DNA from: Phyllobates terribilis
Lineage: Eukaryota
NCBI RefSeq assembly: GCF_046119375.1
Contig: NW_027362767.1
Span: 257,796,001 to 257,860,000, forward strand
Length of the DNA stretch: 64,000 bases
Direction of reading: 5' to 3'
Each line of letters begins with the position of its first letter. Position 1 is the stretch's first letter. The notes below the pieces were generated by a model. That model saw only the letters and a list, made by a program, of their open reading frames with translations, made no database searches and was not told where the DNA came from. The translations under genes were made by a program, and so were the position numbers. Below, piece after piece: positions 46,334 through 60,296 of the stretch.

Positions 46334-46430
46334 CTGGCATCATACTCACAGTCTGTCCTCAGGCATACACCACATGTTCTGTCTCTCAGCTCCTATAAAA
46401 CCCTTTAGAGAGATCCCCTTGTGACTTTGT
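46334..46430 (-). promoter_or_regulatory. Candidate non-coding first exon/promoter of the OR at 41731-42687
   Basis: 27 bp identical to 54846-54872; contains a - strand donor GACT|GTGAGT (intron starts at 46349); conserved AAAACCCTTTAGAG and O/E-like TCCC..GTGA. Confidence 0.5.
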
Positions 46431-47124
46431 CACCTCAGTTACTGATAACTTTTCTAGAAGTTTAACTGCCTTAAAACTTTTCACTCAAAACTTTTTTGTA
46501 CAGATCGTACGAATAAATAAAAAAAATGACAATAAAAATATATATTCTCTGAAAAGTTGCGCGACAAAAACATTTGTGCAACTTATCTGCCACTTGGTGT
46601 AGAGTGACTATTTTATACCTCTGGTTTTGCTGCAAAAAAACCCCAGACAAATTGCAGATAAGTCGCATTTCATGTGGGATTTGCATTAAAATCTATGGCA
46701 AGAGGGTGACCTGCAAAGTACGACCAGCAACATAAAAGCCCAAACATTTGGAAACATTTGCGACTCTGTGATGCAGTCGCAGGTTGCAACCAGAAATCAT
46801 TACATCCAATATTGCAATTTCAGTGTCTAGCCCTAGCCTAAATTTGGCCTAATAGTGCACATAGACATGAGATAGCTGCCGGCCGACAGATGTTCTTCAT
46901 GAGTCCTCTATTGACATAGCCACTTGCCTCGAGGGTAGGAAGAAAGCCGCTACTATACAAGACACCTCTGGCAGCGGCTTATAATCCAAGATAAAAGAAA
47001 AAAAAAATCTGTGTTTAAATTGAAACTACCCCATTCTTTTCTCTCTCGACATCGTCTGTCGTTCTGAAGAATTGGGAGGACAGCCCCACTGGAATAGGTG
47101 GTTCTGTCTTACTTTGATCTAATG

Positions 47125-47307
47125 CAGTGTTTCCCAAACCCCATCCTCACGGACCCCCATAGGTCATGTTTTCAGGATTTCCTTAGTATTACACAGGTGA
47201 TTGAAGTATCATCAAGGCATCAGGAATTCTCTCACTTGTGCAATACTAAGGAGATCCTGAAAACATGACCTGTGGGGGGCCGTGAGGATGGGGTTTGAGA
47301 AACACTG
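47125..47307. mobile_element. hAT (Charlie-like) MITE, 183 bp
   Basis: CAGTGTTTC...GAAACACTG TIRs and a perfect 8 bp TSD ATCTAATG. Confidence 0.93.
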
Positions 47308-47374
47308 ATCTAATGTGTATTGGGTCTTAAAGTTCCTGCCACATTTTTGTACATAGGGTCGGTGGTGGTTTCCT

Positions 47375-48025
47375 TTACCACTAATTCTGTCCAGAACATC
47401 CTACTGGACACAATATACTATCGGGCAGAATATCCTATAGGACAAAAAATCCTACTGCACAGAATATCCTGTCGGACAGAACATCCTAATAAACAGAATA
47501 TCCTACTGGACAGAACATTTAACCAGACAGAACATCCTACCAGACACAACATCATACCACAGAGAACATTCTATCGGATAGAATAACCCTGCCGGACAGA
47601 ACATCCTATCAGACAGAACATCATACCATGGAGAACATCCTACTGGATAGAATAACCCTGCCGGACAGAACATCCTATCAGACAGAACATCATACCATGG
47701 AGAACATCCTACTGGATAGAATAACCCTGCCGGACAGAACATCCTATCAGACAGAACATCATACCATGGAGAACATCCTACTGGATAGAATAACCCTGCC
47801 GGACAGAACATCCTATCAGACAGAACATTATACCACATAAAACATCCTACTGGATAGAATAACCCTGCCGGACAGAACATCCTATTGGACGGAATATCCT
47901 ATCAGACAGATTATCATGCCGGACAGAACATTCAACCAGACGGTACATCCTACTGGACAGGACATCCTACTGGACACAACACCCTACCAGACAGAATATC
48001 CTAGCGGACAGAACATCCTACTGTG
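47375..48025. repeat. 17 bp-subunit satellite with a 69 bp higher-order repeat in its centre
   Basis: GAATAACCCT recurs at 47581, 47650 and 47719; flanks are diverged GGACAGAACATCCTACT monomers. Confidence 0.9.
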
Positions 48026-48466
48026 GTAGAGGAAACTATTATCCACCACTTGTAGAAGAATGTGGTAAGACTCTTAAAACCTCATACACATTAGATCAAA
48101 GTAGGCTGTCCAGAAGGAGCGGTGGAGGACACCACTTCTGGGATGAGGGACCTTCTGTGGCGTTTGAATCAGTACAACTGAATGTAAACCTAGGACAGTG
48201 TAGTGGCCACAATCTTCTATAGTCAAGAGGCATTTCACTTTGTGATGGTGAAAAAAGAGGATCCAGCCTGAAGATAAATAATCATTCGCTCCAATCTGGG
48301 TCCAAGACCCCATTTATTTCATTTTGATATTTATTTAGAATCTTTGTGACTCATATATTCTTACTCCTGAAAATTTTTGAGAATGTCTTGTGTGTGTACA
48401 TTTTAAACAACCTTTTATTGAGTGATAACAGGTGACAAAATATGGATAACTGTAGATATTGAGAAA

Positions 48467-49408
48467 TTATTTTATTCCCTTACTCCCCAGTACTTTCTTC
48501 AGTGCCCGTTTTACATCCCTGTTACGCAGGCTATAAATAAGGGGGTTCAACATGGGAGTCATGATGGTGTAGAGCACAGCCACCACCTTAACATCTTTGT
48601 CCATGGCGTAGGTGGAGGAGGGCCAGATGTAGCTGAAGATCCCACTGCCATAATATAGAGCCACCACTGTGAAGTGGGAGGCGCAAGTAGAAAATGTCTT
48701 AAAACGACCTCTCGCGGTGCTAATCTTCGTAACGGCAGAAATTATCCTGCCATAGGTGACCAAGATGAAAGTCAGCGGCCCCATCCCAGCAACCACGACT
48801 ACGATCAAAAATAAGGCCTCGCCAAGCCGAATGTCAGAGCAGGACAACTTGAATAGAGGAGTAACGTCACAGAAGAAATGGTCTACTTTATTCGGTCCAC
48901 AAAAATTAAGATGGGAGATTGAAATAGCTTGGACCAATGAGTTCACTAGACCACAAGTCCAACAGGCAATGACTGATCTGATCCTTACCTCCTGGCTCAT
49001 TATGAGAGTGTAGTTGAGCGGGAAGCAGATGGCCACATACCTGTCATAAGCCATGATGGCAAGGAGGTAGCACTCCGCCACCACGAAAAATTGAAAAAAT
49101 GAAAGTTGGGTGACACAGCCTGAGAAAGAGGTGGCCTTCTGACCAGTGATCAGAATAAACAAAAGTTTGGGGACGGTAACGGAGGAAAAGATTATGTCAA
49201 TAATGGAAAGGTTGGCTAAGAAGAAGTACATGGGTGTGTGTAGCCTCTTATCAAAGGAGATGACACCTAGAATCACAATATTGCCGATAATTGTGATGAG
49301 ATAGATGCCAAGGAAGACAAGGAAGATCATAAATTGAGGCTCTTCTGTGTCACATAGACCCACGACCAGAAAAATGGACACTGATGACTGGTTTTCAGCT
49401 TTTGCCAT
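48467..49408 (-). CDS. Olfactory receptor, intact (313 aa), close paralogue of 41731-42687
   Basis: Same OR motifs; shares PNKVDHFFCDVTPLFKLSCSD and SGIFSYIWPSSTYAMDKDVK; acceptor TTGTCCAG at 49424-49425. Confidence 0.97.
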   Translation of the reverse strand: MAKAENQSSVSIFLVVGLCDTEEPQFMIFLVFLGIYLITIIGNIVILGVISFDKRLHTPMYFFLANLSIIDIIFSSVTVPKLLFILITGQKATSFSGCVTQLSFFQFFVVAECYLLAIMAYDRYVAICFPLNYTLIMSQEVRIRSVIACWTCGLVNSLVQAISISHLNFCGPNKVDHFFCDVTPLFKLSCSDIRLGEALFLIVVVVAGMGPLTFILVTYGRIISAVTKISTARGRFKTFSTCASHFTVVALYYGSGIFSYIWPSSTYAMDKDVKVVAVLYTIMTPMLNPLIYSLRNRDVKRALKKVLGSKGIK

Positions 49409-50360
49409 GGGTTTACTAGCGAACTGGACAACAAGTAAAAAAAATTACAAAAAAGTCCACAAAAAAAATCTCCATTAAATCTCTTAACGTTCTTGAGTTG
49501 GCCACAAACTGATCAAAACCACCAAGATTTCTAAAAGCAGATATCCATGTTTACAATAAGATGGGTATGGATGATGTATCTAGGTAGACTTGTGATTGAA
49601 ATTTTGGGTAAATCCTGTTTATTAACTATAACGGCCTCCATAAAATTGGGAAAACTTGACTGAAGAGGACAACTCATTACCATTATATACTTGATAGCTA
49701 TTGAATGATACCTCTTAGATCTTCTTAATGGCTTCTTTCTTTACTAATAGTCATATAATGTGATACAATGTGATTGTCATCAAATCAGCTCATCCTCAGA
49801 TTTTCAGATCCATCAAGTTCCTGGAAGGATGATAGATATTGGTGGTTACTATGTTACATGGGTGTTCATACAACTTGACTCCATCTTACGTTGATGGCAT
49901 CCCTGTCAATGTAGAAGTCAATCATTGAGGTTTGTTCTTCTGTTTAATCAAATCTATGATGGAATCGGGAGATCTCCCTCGTTGGTGTGGCCAATCCCTA
50001 ACCACGAGTACCTATCATTAGAAATAAAAAAATAGATATAGTGGAACCAGTGTCAAATTGCACAGTCGGTGGACTCTTCCTCTGACCCCATCTGCTCCTC
50101 CTCCAATCTCCCTCTTGCTGTTACACTGAAATGATGGGTGAAAAACTGCAGCTACATCTCCCTCCTCCCTCTCATCTCTCTATTTCACTTACTGTTTCAC
50201 ACTATATGGATTTTGTTTTGTGGCTGAGGAGGTTTCTGAAAAGTTACATTAAAGAAAAGAGGGGACTAGACTACAGACTGGGTGAGGGTGAAGAAGATGA
50301 CACTTTTCCTTATAATTATAGCATTCCTACAAAATGGAAAATGATGACTCAGCTCAACTA

Positions 50361-51987
<1,627 letters not shown>

Positions 51988-52233
51988 TATGTCCAGGACA
52001 ACCCATCATTTTATGCTGATGGTAGGAAAATGGGTGTTTGACGCCGCTTATAGAATTCATGAATTTCTGAAGAAATAAAAAAAATAGTTATATCTGGCAG
52101 AACCTGGATCCTTTGTTGCACATTAATCTTACCAATGGGGTTGTCTAATCTTTCTTGTTACTTGTTTCCTGTCCTCCACATCACAGCTTGCTGTCAGCAA
52201 ATGGAAACATCAGCAAACAGAGGTATTAAAGTT

Positions 52234-52405
52234 AATAATAATAATAATAATTTTATTTCTGTAGCGCCAACATGTTCCGCAGCACTTTACATTTTAGAGG
52301 GGACTTGTACAGACAATAAAAAGACATTACAGAATAACAGTAGTCACATAAATCAACAGATACCAAAAGGAGTGAGGGTCCTGCTGTTCGCAAGCTTACA
52401 ATCTA
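52234..52405 (-). mobile_element. Short L2-type 3' end fragment
   Basis: (AAT)n run followed by TTTATTTCTGTAGCGCC...CGCAGCACTTTACA..GAGGGTCCTGC..GCTTACA, similar to other L2 3' ends. Confidence 0.5.
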
Positions 52406-52467
52406 TGAGGAAAATACGAAAGCTGGATGGTAACAATTGCTTGTATTGTACGGTCCAGCCATCAATA

Positions 52468-53658
52468 TGACGCGCCCCCTGGGCCAGTGTTGTTGGGGAT
52501 ACCCGGAGCCGGATCAGATGGGGGTTGTAGTCTCCGAGTGGCTGTGACCCGGTCCGTGCCCAGGGTGTCAAGCTCAGTGTGTGGCAGTCCTTATGATGTT
52601 ACTAGATGTTCTTTTGTGTCGACTACGCCACCCGTTGAATTGCGGTCAATACGGCCGCCGCTGCAGCAGGGTCCGCTGAGGCTGGTGATGTATGTGCAGC
52701 TCAGGTAGTATAACCCCCAACGGGAGGGGTATAGCCTCAGGGGGTCAGTTGCAGAGGATGGGGGTTGTGGTGGTGCAGCGGGGATGGAAATGAGACTCAG
52801 AGTCGGGCTGTGCAGTTCAGGGTTTGTTTACTTACTGCAGTTGTTCTGGTCACTCCGGCCTTGAGTGACCACCCGAGCCGTGCTGCGTCCACCAGGTCCT
52901 GGACTCGGCCAACCCCCAGGTGATTCTGGAGCGTGGTCCTGAGCTCCCTTTCTGTCCTGTCCTCTTCTCTGGCCTTCCCCACCAGGGATCCACCTATGTC
53001 CGGCTCCCTCGGGCCTCTTGGTGGTAAACCCTTGTCTCTGGGTTCCCTGACCCTATTCCTGGTCTGCCTTCCGGGTGGATTTAGTGGGTGATCGTGGCAG
53101 ATCGGTCCTGCCCACGACCTCCGGTTCCTGGCTAAGGTGTGCTGTAGCCTCTGCCAGCTTGGGATCCGGTACCCTGTTGCCAACTCTTCACCCTCTGGTC
53201 TAATTTGGGCTCTTGGAGTTCCTTCTTTCTCCCCCTCTGGGTCTTTCTTTCTCCTCTCTCTCTCTCTTGGCCTTGGAGCTGCTCTTCTCCTCTGCTCTCT
53301 TCCTCTACAAAAGACCCTGATCTAAGATGGTGCCCACCTTATATACTCCCTCTATGTGTGAGCTCAGGTGACCAGCACCCAATGAGCTCCTAGCACTACC
53401 CAGACTGCTCCCCCTATCTGCCCCTACACTACTGGGATGTTCCACCCCCCTCCCACTCCAGCCAGGAACAGACACTGTCGTACCTGCACATTTCTCTAGT
53501 GGGAGTACCATCGGTCTGTTCCCCGGAAATGGGATGTGTGTAGTGTATGCAGCCTACTGAGCTCAGTTCCACACTCCATCCTTACCCAAGAGTGGAATAC
53601 CACACCTCTGGCTTGAGGTGTAATACCCCTGTAGCAGCCGAATCCTCAGGGTGCTACA
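52468..53658. mobile_element. Solo LTR (Gypsy-type), 1191 bp
   Basis: TG...CA ends with 4 bp TSD AATA on both sides. Confidence 0.75.
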
Positions 53659-53909
53659 AATATAATAATAAAGTTGCTGGTTTATCAATCATTGTGGATT
53701 ATCGGATAGAAAAGCATCCATAAAAAAGGAAAAAATATATAAAATACATATATGCAAAATGCAAAAAAAAAAATCATAAAAAAATAAATTCAAAAAATTA
53801 CATAGGACGTCAAAAACATATATAAATATGACAGAAAAAAGAAATGCAATGTAAAAGACCTAAATATAATTATATTAATAGCAAAAAAAAAAAAAACAAA
53901 ATTATATAC

Positions 53910-53958
<49 letters not shown>

Positions 53959-54845
53959 TTTTTTTTACTTTTATGTCCTTTTAGAACTTTATTGTTTTTA
54001 ATGATTTTGCACATATGTATTTTATATATCATTTCCTTTTTTATGTATGATTTTCTATCTGATAATGGTTGATAAAATAGCACTTTTAATACCTCTGCTT
54101 GCTGATCAGTCTGGATCCTCTGACGATAAGTGATGAAAATGTCAGTCTTGGTGGCATGGCGGTGTTACGGCTGTGTGGCTGAAAACGACATACAAAGGCT
54201 GTGCGGATATCAGTGAAACGACAGTTCACCATCAACTCCGTTATTTCATGTTTGTCATTTACAAATCGGAGCTGGTCCTGGATGTCACATCAGTTCTCAG
54301 CTGCACTACGGCCTCATCTCAGCCGTGATGTGACGGAAAAATAAATTTAAAAAAGGTAATTAGTAAGAAAAGCATGATGGTTCTGTAGGCATAGACTGTC
54401 ATTGTTCTCGGCAGCACATGTCCTGTTTACATGAGATGATGTGCTGCCGAGAATGCTGATTTTTTTTTTCTAAGCAAGCTTAGGCTGCATTTACACTGAT
54501 TGATTATCGTGCACGAGCGTCCTAGGAACTTTTATTTCCAGATAATGGTTCAGTGTAATCAGGTGGATTCCTCATGGTTGGGCTTTTGTGGTGGATTTGT
54601 CATGGAATTCACTATTAAATTCTGATGTAGAAATTGGCAGCATAAATTAACAGTCCAAAATACAAAAATAAAACAAAAGAAATTATGAAAAATAAATTAA
54701 TCCCCACAATACTTTTCAAAGACATTACAATATATATTTTTTTTCAAAATGAATGTAGTTTTTCTAGTTTAATGTGTAGTCGGGTAGGAAACCCGCTACA
54801 GTATAGGGAGGCATCCTCGCCGCTGCTGTCATGGATGTGATGTGC

Positions 54846-54950
54846 CTGGCATCATACTCACAGTCTGTCCTCTGGCCTCCGGCGCGGCTTCTGTCCTCTG
54901 CTCTCATATGAACGTTCAGAAAACCCTTTAGAGCAAATCCCAAGTGACTG
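54846..54950 (-). promoter_or_regulatory. Candidate non-coding first exon/promoter of the OR at 48467-49408
   Basis: Paralogue of 46334-46430 with the same GTGAGT donor (intron starts at 54861). Confidence 0.5.
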
Positions 54951-55142
54951 CTCTGCACCTGCTGCCCAGGACGGGAGCAAGAAAACCTGGCAAAGAAAAC
55001 AAAAAGTTGAAATGAAATAGAAAAAAAAAAGTAAAAAATAACTTTTTAGGGCTCATTCAGACGTCTGTTCTAGCCATGTTTTTTTCATAGTCGAACACGT
55101 GCCCATTAGAGTCTATGGCGGTTCACATGCCTGTGTTTTTTC

Positions 55143-56211
55143 TGACGCGCCCCCGGGGCAATGGGGTACTCGGCAGTCGGGCCTATGGATGCTGGTGGGG
55201 GATATGTCACAGTGGCTGGCCCGGTCCGTGGCCCAGGGCGGTCAACCAAAAAGGGGGATTGTAACTTGGATAAAAAATAAAAATAAAGTAAATAGTTTGT
55301 GACGCCACCTGTGGTACCTGGTAAGGTTTACCAGCGCTGCTGCAGACCTCCGGGGGGTGATGGGATGGCAGCTGAGGTGTTTCTGCTCCCTACAGGTGGA
55401 GCGGGCCCCCGGGACAGTGTGGAGTTTGATGGTGGTGATGCTGGGACTTGTAGTGCAGGCGGATGGCGCAGCAGGAGTAACTGACAGAGACAGGGGATTC
55501 GCTTCAATACCTTTACTGGTGCGGATGTCAGGTACGGTCCAGGGTACTCAGTAGGATGGGTGCACTTCAGGACTTCTCCCCAGTGAGCGGGTATAAGGCC
55601 TCCTGGTCCGTGTCTGCCTCTCTCTAAGCTCCTGGCCAGCCAGCAACTGGGCCTAGCTTATGTGTCGTGCTGTTCCTTCACCTGTCGCTCAGTAGTAGGA
55701 CCTTCTGCTGGTAACCACTATCCCTGGGCGTCAGAGCCTTCGTGGTTCCTGGTACTGTGTGGGTCTAGCTTCAGGTCGTCCAGGGACTTGTAGTCCTCCT
55801 GGAATGCCCGTGATCCCTACTGGGTATAAAGGGACCCTGTAGGCGCGGACCCTATGTCCGGTTTGTATATCGGGGTGAGCCTATGATGCTCCTCTGCCCA
55901 CTCAACTCCTCTCTCCTTTCTCCTCTTGCCTTCGGCCACACTCAGGCCCCTCAGAACTCAGCAGCAGACGCGCTGCGTCTTCGCTGCTCTTAGCGTCAGC
56001 ATGCTCTCAGACTCTCTGACTCTGTCTGAACTACTAAACAACTGACTGAGCTGCCTGGCTCCACCCTCCATATATATATATCCCTAACGGGCTCCCTCTG
56101 GTGGTGTGAGGTGGAAGGGTGGAGGTGTTTGTATGTAATGAGGGCCTCTTGTGGAGAAGTCCGTCCATGCACCCTGGGTCCTGTGGTACCTGTGCACAGC
56201 AGAGTGCCACA
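55143..56211. mobile_element. Solo LTR (Gypsy-type), 1069 bp
   Basis: TG...CA ends with 4 bp TSD TTTC; starts TGACGCGCCCCC like the LTR at 52468. Confidence 0.75.
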
Positions 56212-56255
56212 TTTCTTCTATGAAAAAAACAAACTATGTCTAAATGAGGCCTTAA

Positions 56256-56601
56256 AGGAGTTTCCAGAATTACAAAAACATGGCTGCTTTCTTTCAGAAA
56301 CAGCGCCACCCCTGACCATGGATTTTGTCTGGTATAGCATCTCAATTCTGAGTCCAGCTTGCTTCATCTACCTCATTTGTAACTACTGTCATTTGCTTTT
56401 AAAGACAGAATAAAAGTTATATTTTATCCCTGTGAGAAGTTTTCTGGTGCCTCGGATTTCCTTGGATCTTTGTAGCAGCTCAACTCTGTTCACTTCAAAG
56501 ATTCTGAATTGCAATACCAGACACAACCCACAGTCAGGGTTGGCGCTGTTGCTGAGTCAAGGCCCAAGGAAGCCATGTTTTTCTAAAACTGGACACCCCC
56601 T
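56256..56601. mobile_element. T2/Kolobok-type MITE
   Basis: TTAA|AGGAGTTTCCAG...CTGGACACCCCCT|TGAA with imperfect inverted arms. Confidence 0.65.
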
Positions 56602-57034
56602 TGAAGGAGAAATGTTGATGTATGTGTTATTTCTACTCTCTACACCTTATTATACTCTGTGTTTCAGTTTTCACTATCTTTCTGGTAATGTATTCATGAA
56701 CCAAGAATCTATAGATGTCTCCGGATAGGGAAAACACCTTCATAAATCATTTCTTCAGGTGTATACGCCAAATGCGTTGGAACAGAGGCTTGGAGCTTTA
56801 GGACTATATTCAGCCCTTTTTGACCTCGAGATCAAATACCACATAAAAAACTAGAACAGTTTTACCACATATTACTGCGATGTTGTGGGGCAGTGTTCAA
56901 CTACAAGTGAAACGTAGCATTATAGGTTTCATTGATCAAAACATTACAAATACCTTTGTTGTCCATGGCAACCAATCAAGGTACAGTTTACATTCCTTAG
57001 GCCCCCTTCACACGTCCCTTTAAAAAAACCGTCC

Positions 57035-57640
57035 GTGTGTACATGTGTACCATCAGTTTGTACGTGTGTATGCGTGTACCATCCATGTGCCGTCCGTGTG
57101 TACCATCTGTGTGCCGTCCGTGTGTACCATCCGTGTGCCGTCCGTGTGTACCATCCGTGTGCTGTCCGTGTGTACCATCCGTGTGCCGTCCGTGTGTACC
57201 ATCTGTGTGCCGTCCGTGTGTACCATCTGTGTGCCGTCCGTGTGTACCATCCATGTGTCGTCCGTGTGTACCATCTGTGTGCCGTCCGTGTGTACCATCC
57301 ATGTGTCGTCCGTGTGTACCATCTGTGTGCCGTCCGTGTGTACCATCTGTGTGCCGTTCGTGTGTACTATCCGTGTGCTGTCCGTGTGTACCATCCATGT
57401 GCCGTCCGTGTGTACTGTACCATCTGTGTGCCGTCCGTGTGTACGTGTGTACCATCCATGTGCTGTCCATGTGTACCATCAGTGTGTACGTGTGTATGCG
57501 TGTACCATCCATGTGCCGTCCATGTGTACCATCCGTGTGCTGTCGTGCGTACCGTCCGTGTGTACATGTGTACCATCCGTGTGCCGTCCGTGTGTACGTG
57601 TGTACCATCCATGTGTACGTGTGTACCATCCGTGTGACAT
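57035..57640. repeat. 22 bp minisatellite (GTGCCGTCCGTGTGTACCATCT) after a Harbinger-like end
   Basis: More than 20 tandem units; TTA|GGCCCCCTTCACAC at ~56998. Confidence 0.93.
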
Positions 57641-57916
57641 GTCCCAAATAAAATACAGAATAGAAATGATAGATTTTTAGATGTTNNNNNNNNNNNNNNN
57701 NNNNNNNNNNNNNNNNNNNNNNNNNNNNNNNNNNNNNNNNNNNNNNNNNNNNNNNNNNNNNNNNNNNNNNNNNNNNNNNNNNNNNNNNNNNNNNNNNNNN
57801 NNNNNNNNNNNNNNNNNNNNNNNNNNNNNNNNNNNNNNNNNNNNNNNNNNNNNNNNNNNNNNNNNNNNNNNNNNNNNNNNNNNNNNNNNNNNNNNNNNNN
57901 NNNNNNNNNNNNNNNN

Positions 57917-58595
57917 TATCCCGTCTGTCTGTCCGTCCAGAAAATTCCGCGTCGCTGATTGGTCCGGCTGCGGCCAATCAGCGACGCGGGATTTCAGAAC
58001 AAGATGGCGGCCGTTAGAGGCTCATCTGCCGCACGGAGGTCAGTGGCGATGCAGCCGGGAGATAACCGGCGCTAGCAGGTCATCTCCCCGCTGCTCGCAG
58101 CAGAAGTACCCCGACCGGCTGCCTAGGCGGCGCCACTCCCCGGTCCTCCCTTCACACTTGCCGTCGGAAGATCAGCGGCCCTAGCCGCTGATCTCCCGAC
58201 GGTAGCCGCATGGTCATCTCCCGGCTGCTAGCAGCAGAAGTACCCGTATAGGCAGCGCCGCTCCCCGGTCCTCACTAACAGGGTTCGCTGATTGGTCGCG
58301 GCCGGAGCAAACAGCGATATTGGCGTGAAACTTAAGACACCGCTGGGGAAGCAATAGCCGGCTGCAGCCGGGGGAATTACGTGCTGGCTGTGCGTGGTCA
58401 GCGATGTTGTCACAAGCAGCATTGACAACATGATGTAATTACAAAATTCATTAGGGGCCCCGGGGGGATACATTGGGGGGTTAATTTAAAGTAGTGCACA
58501 ACCCATTTAAACACTGCTTCGCTGATTAGTCGCGCCCGCTCGGTCGCATACATATTCTAGAATACCCGATGCGTTAGAATCGGGCCACCATCTAG
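57917..58595 (+). mobile_element. Helitron-like non-autonomous element, 3' portion
   Basis: Hairpin CCCGAT-GCGTTAGA-ATCGGG (58565-58584) just before CTAG|T (58592-58596); the 5' end is lost in a gap. Confidence 0.6.
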
Positions 58596-60296
58596 TAGAT
58601 AGATAGATAGATAGATATCCGTGAGATATATAATCAGTGCTTGTGTGTGTAGCTTACTGTACATGTATTAACTTAATAAATAAATAAATGTAAAAAACTA
58701 CGTGGGTCCCCCCCATTTTTGGTAACCAGCAAAAGTAAAGCAGAGAGCTGAGAGCTGATATTATCAGGCTGGGAAGGTCTCTGGTTATTGGGCCCTTTCC
58801 AGCCTACAAATATCAGCTCGCAGCTGCCCAGAAGTGGAGCATAACATTAGATGCGCCAATTATGGCGCTTCGTTTCAGCTCTTCCCCATGCCCCGATGCT
58901 TTGGTAATTGGGGTAATGGTGCTTTTGCTTGATGTCAGCTGTGATGTTTCCAAAAACACAGCTGACATCAAGCCCTGATGCCAGTAATGTAGAGGTGTCT
59001 AGCAGACACCTCTATTACTAACCCAGTAATAAAAAAAAAGATGCACAAAAAAATACTTTATTTATATAAACACTCCCCAACATTTTCCCTAGTTCACCAC
59101 TTTATTGGAAAAAAAAAGTTCTCAAGCAGGTCCGGCATAGTCCACCGAATCTGACGTAGTCCAGCGAATCCAGCAGAGTCCATCGGATCCTCTGTATAAA
59201 GCCTATGGAGACTCGTTCTGAGGCCTCATAGTCGTTGCAAACAGCCACTGCCGGGTCACGCAGCGTTACGCAAGACCCGGCGGCTCTGAACAGCGGTGAT
59301 GTCAGTAACGTTACTGCTCATCAGGGTCGCCGGGTCAGCCGTGTGCACGTGTGCAGTACATATTGTCATCTGCAATGCCAGAAGAAAACAGACATGTCTA
59401 TGTGTGGGTCAGAAGGACGAGTGCGCAGCCCCATCGATTATAATGGGTGTGTGGGTGTACATGTCTCCGGTGTGTGTTAAGGGCTCTGGTAAAATGAAAC
59501 CTGTGCTCTGATTGGCTGCTATGGGCAATAACGACTGCTTTTCAGGGACACAGTGTTGATAAATGAGGCCTGATGTGCTTCAGATGTAAAAACTATACGG
59601 CCAAAAATTTACATTACGAAACTGCCAGCGTGCTTGGTGAGATCACGTGCAATTTACATCACATGGTCAAAAAAACCCTTTATATAAGTACACCCGAGCG
59701 CACAATCTGTTCTCATTTGCTAATGTTAATTTGGTGAAGGACACAGTTGCATTGGGTTAATGTGCCCCATAGGTTACCATTCCCATTAGTAGTGATAATG
59801 CGCAACATCGTCCTGTGACCGGACTGTATAAGGCTGGGGCTACATGATGACTTGTCAGGCATAATGGTTTCTTATGGTGTCGCGTTGTGACCAGCGATCT
59901 ACCGCGATGGATGACATAGAGACGCGAATGACTCCAAATGTTCAGTTTTCTGTCGCTGGTCACAAGTTGTGACTTGGTCATGCGAGGTGTCATTGTGTAA
60001 CTCCAGCCTAAGGACATGTTCACACTGAGTTATTTTCACGTTGATTTTTTTTCCTTGAAAATTTTATGTGAAAATAAGGCTGGAATTACATGGCCTTAAT
60101 ATGTCACCTAACCAAAGTTTGCCAGGTGTCACTGCTGCATGGAGGGCACTGTGACAAGCAGGTGGCGCTCTCGCGTCCTGCTTGTCACAGTCGCAGTATC
60201 CTAAGGGTCACAAGGCGACCCCATTCACTGTGGTGTAGCAACCTTTGGTCACCCCAACAGGTGTCGTGGCGAAAGTCGCTGTCTAGCCTCATCCTA

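Noticed and set aside
49540-50000. Possible L1/Tx1 ORF2 relic (YLG..NY) upstream of the OR
   Set aside because: Too degraded to support by eye; it needs a profile search.
54113-54148. Hammerhead-like CUGACGA...GAAAAUGUC
   Set aside because: The core heptamer is present, but stem II (UAAGUGAU) cannot pair and stem I is only 2 bp; at best a decayed relic.
52468-56211. One provirus bounded by two LTRs
   Set aside because: The LTR interiors do not match, each has its own TSD, and no gag/pol lies between them.
57035-57680. Keratin-associated/metallothionein-like Cys-rich ORFs
   Set aside because: All six frames are open because of a 22 bp repeat inside a MITE-like element.
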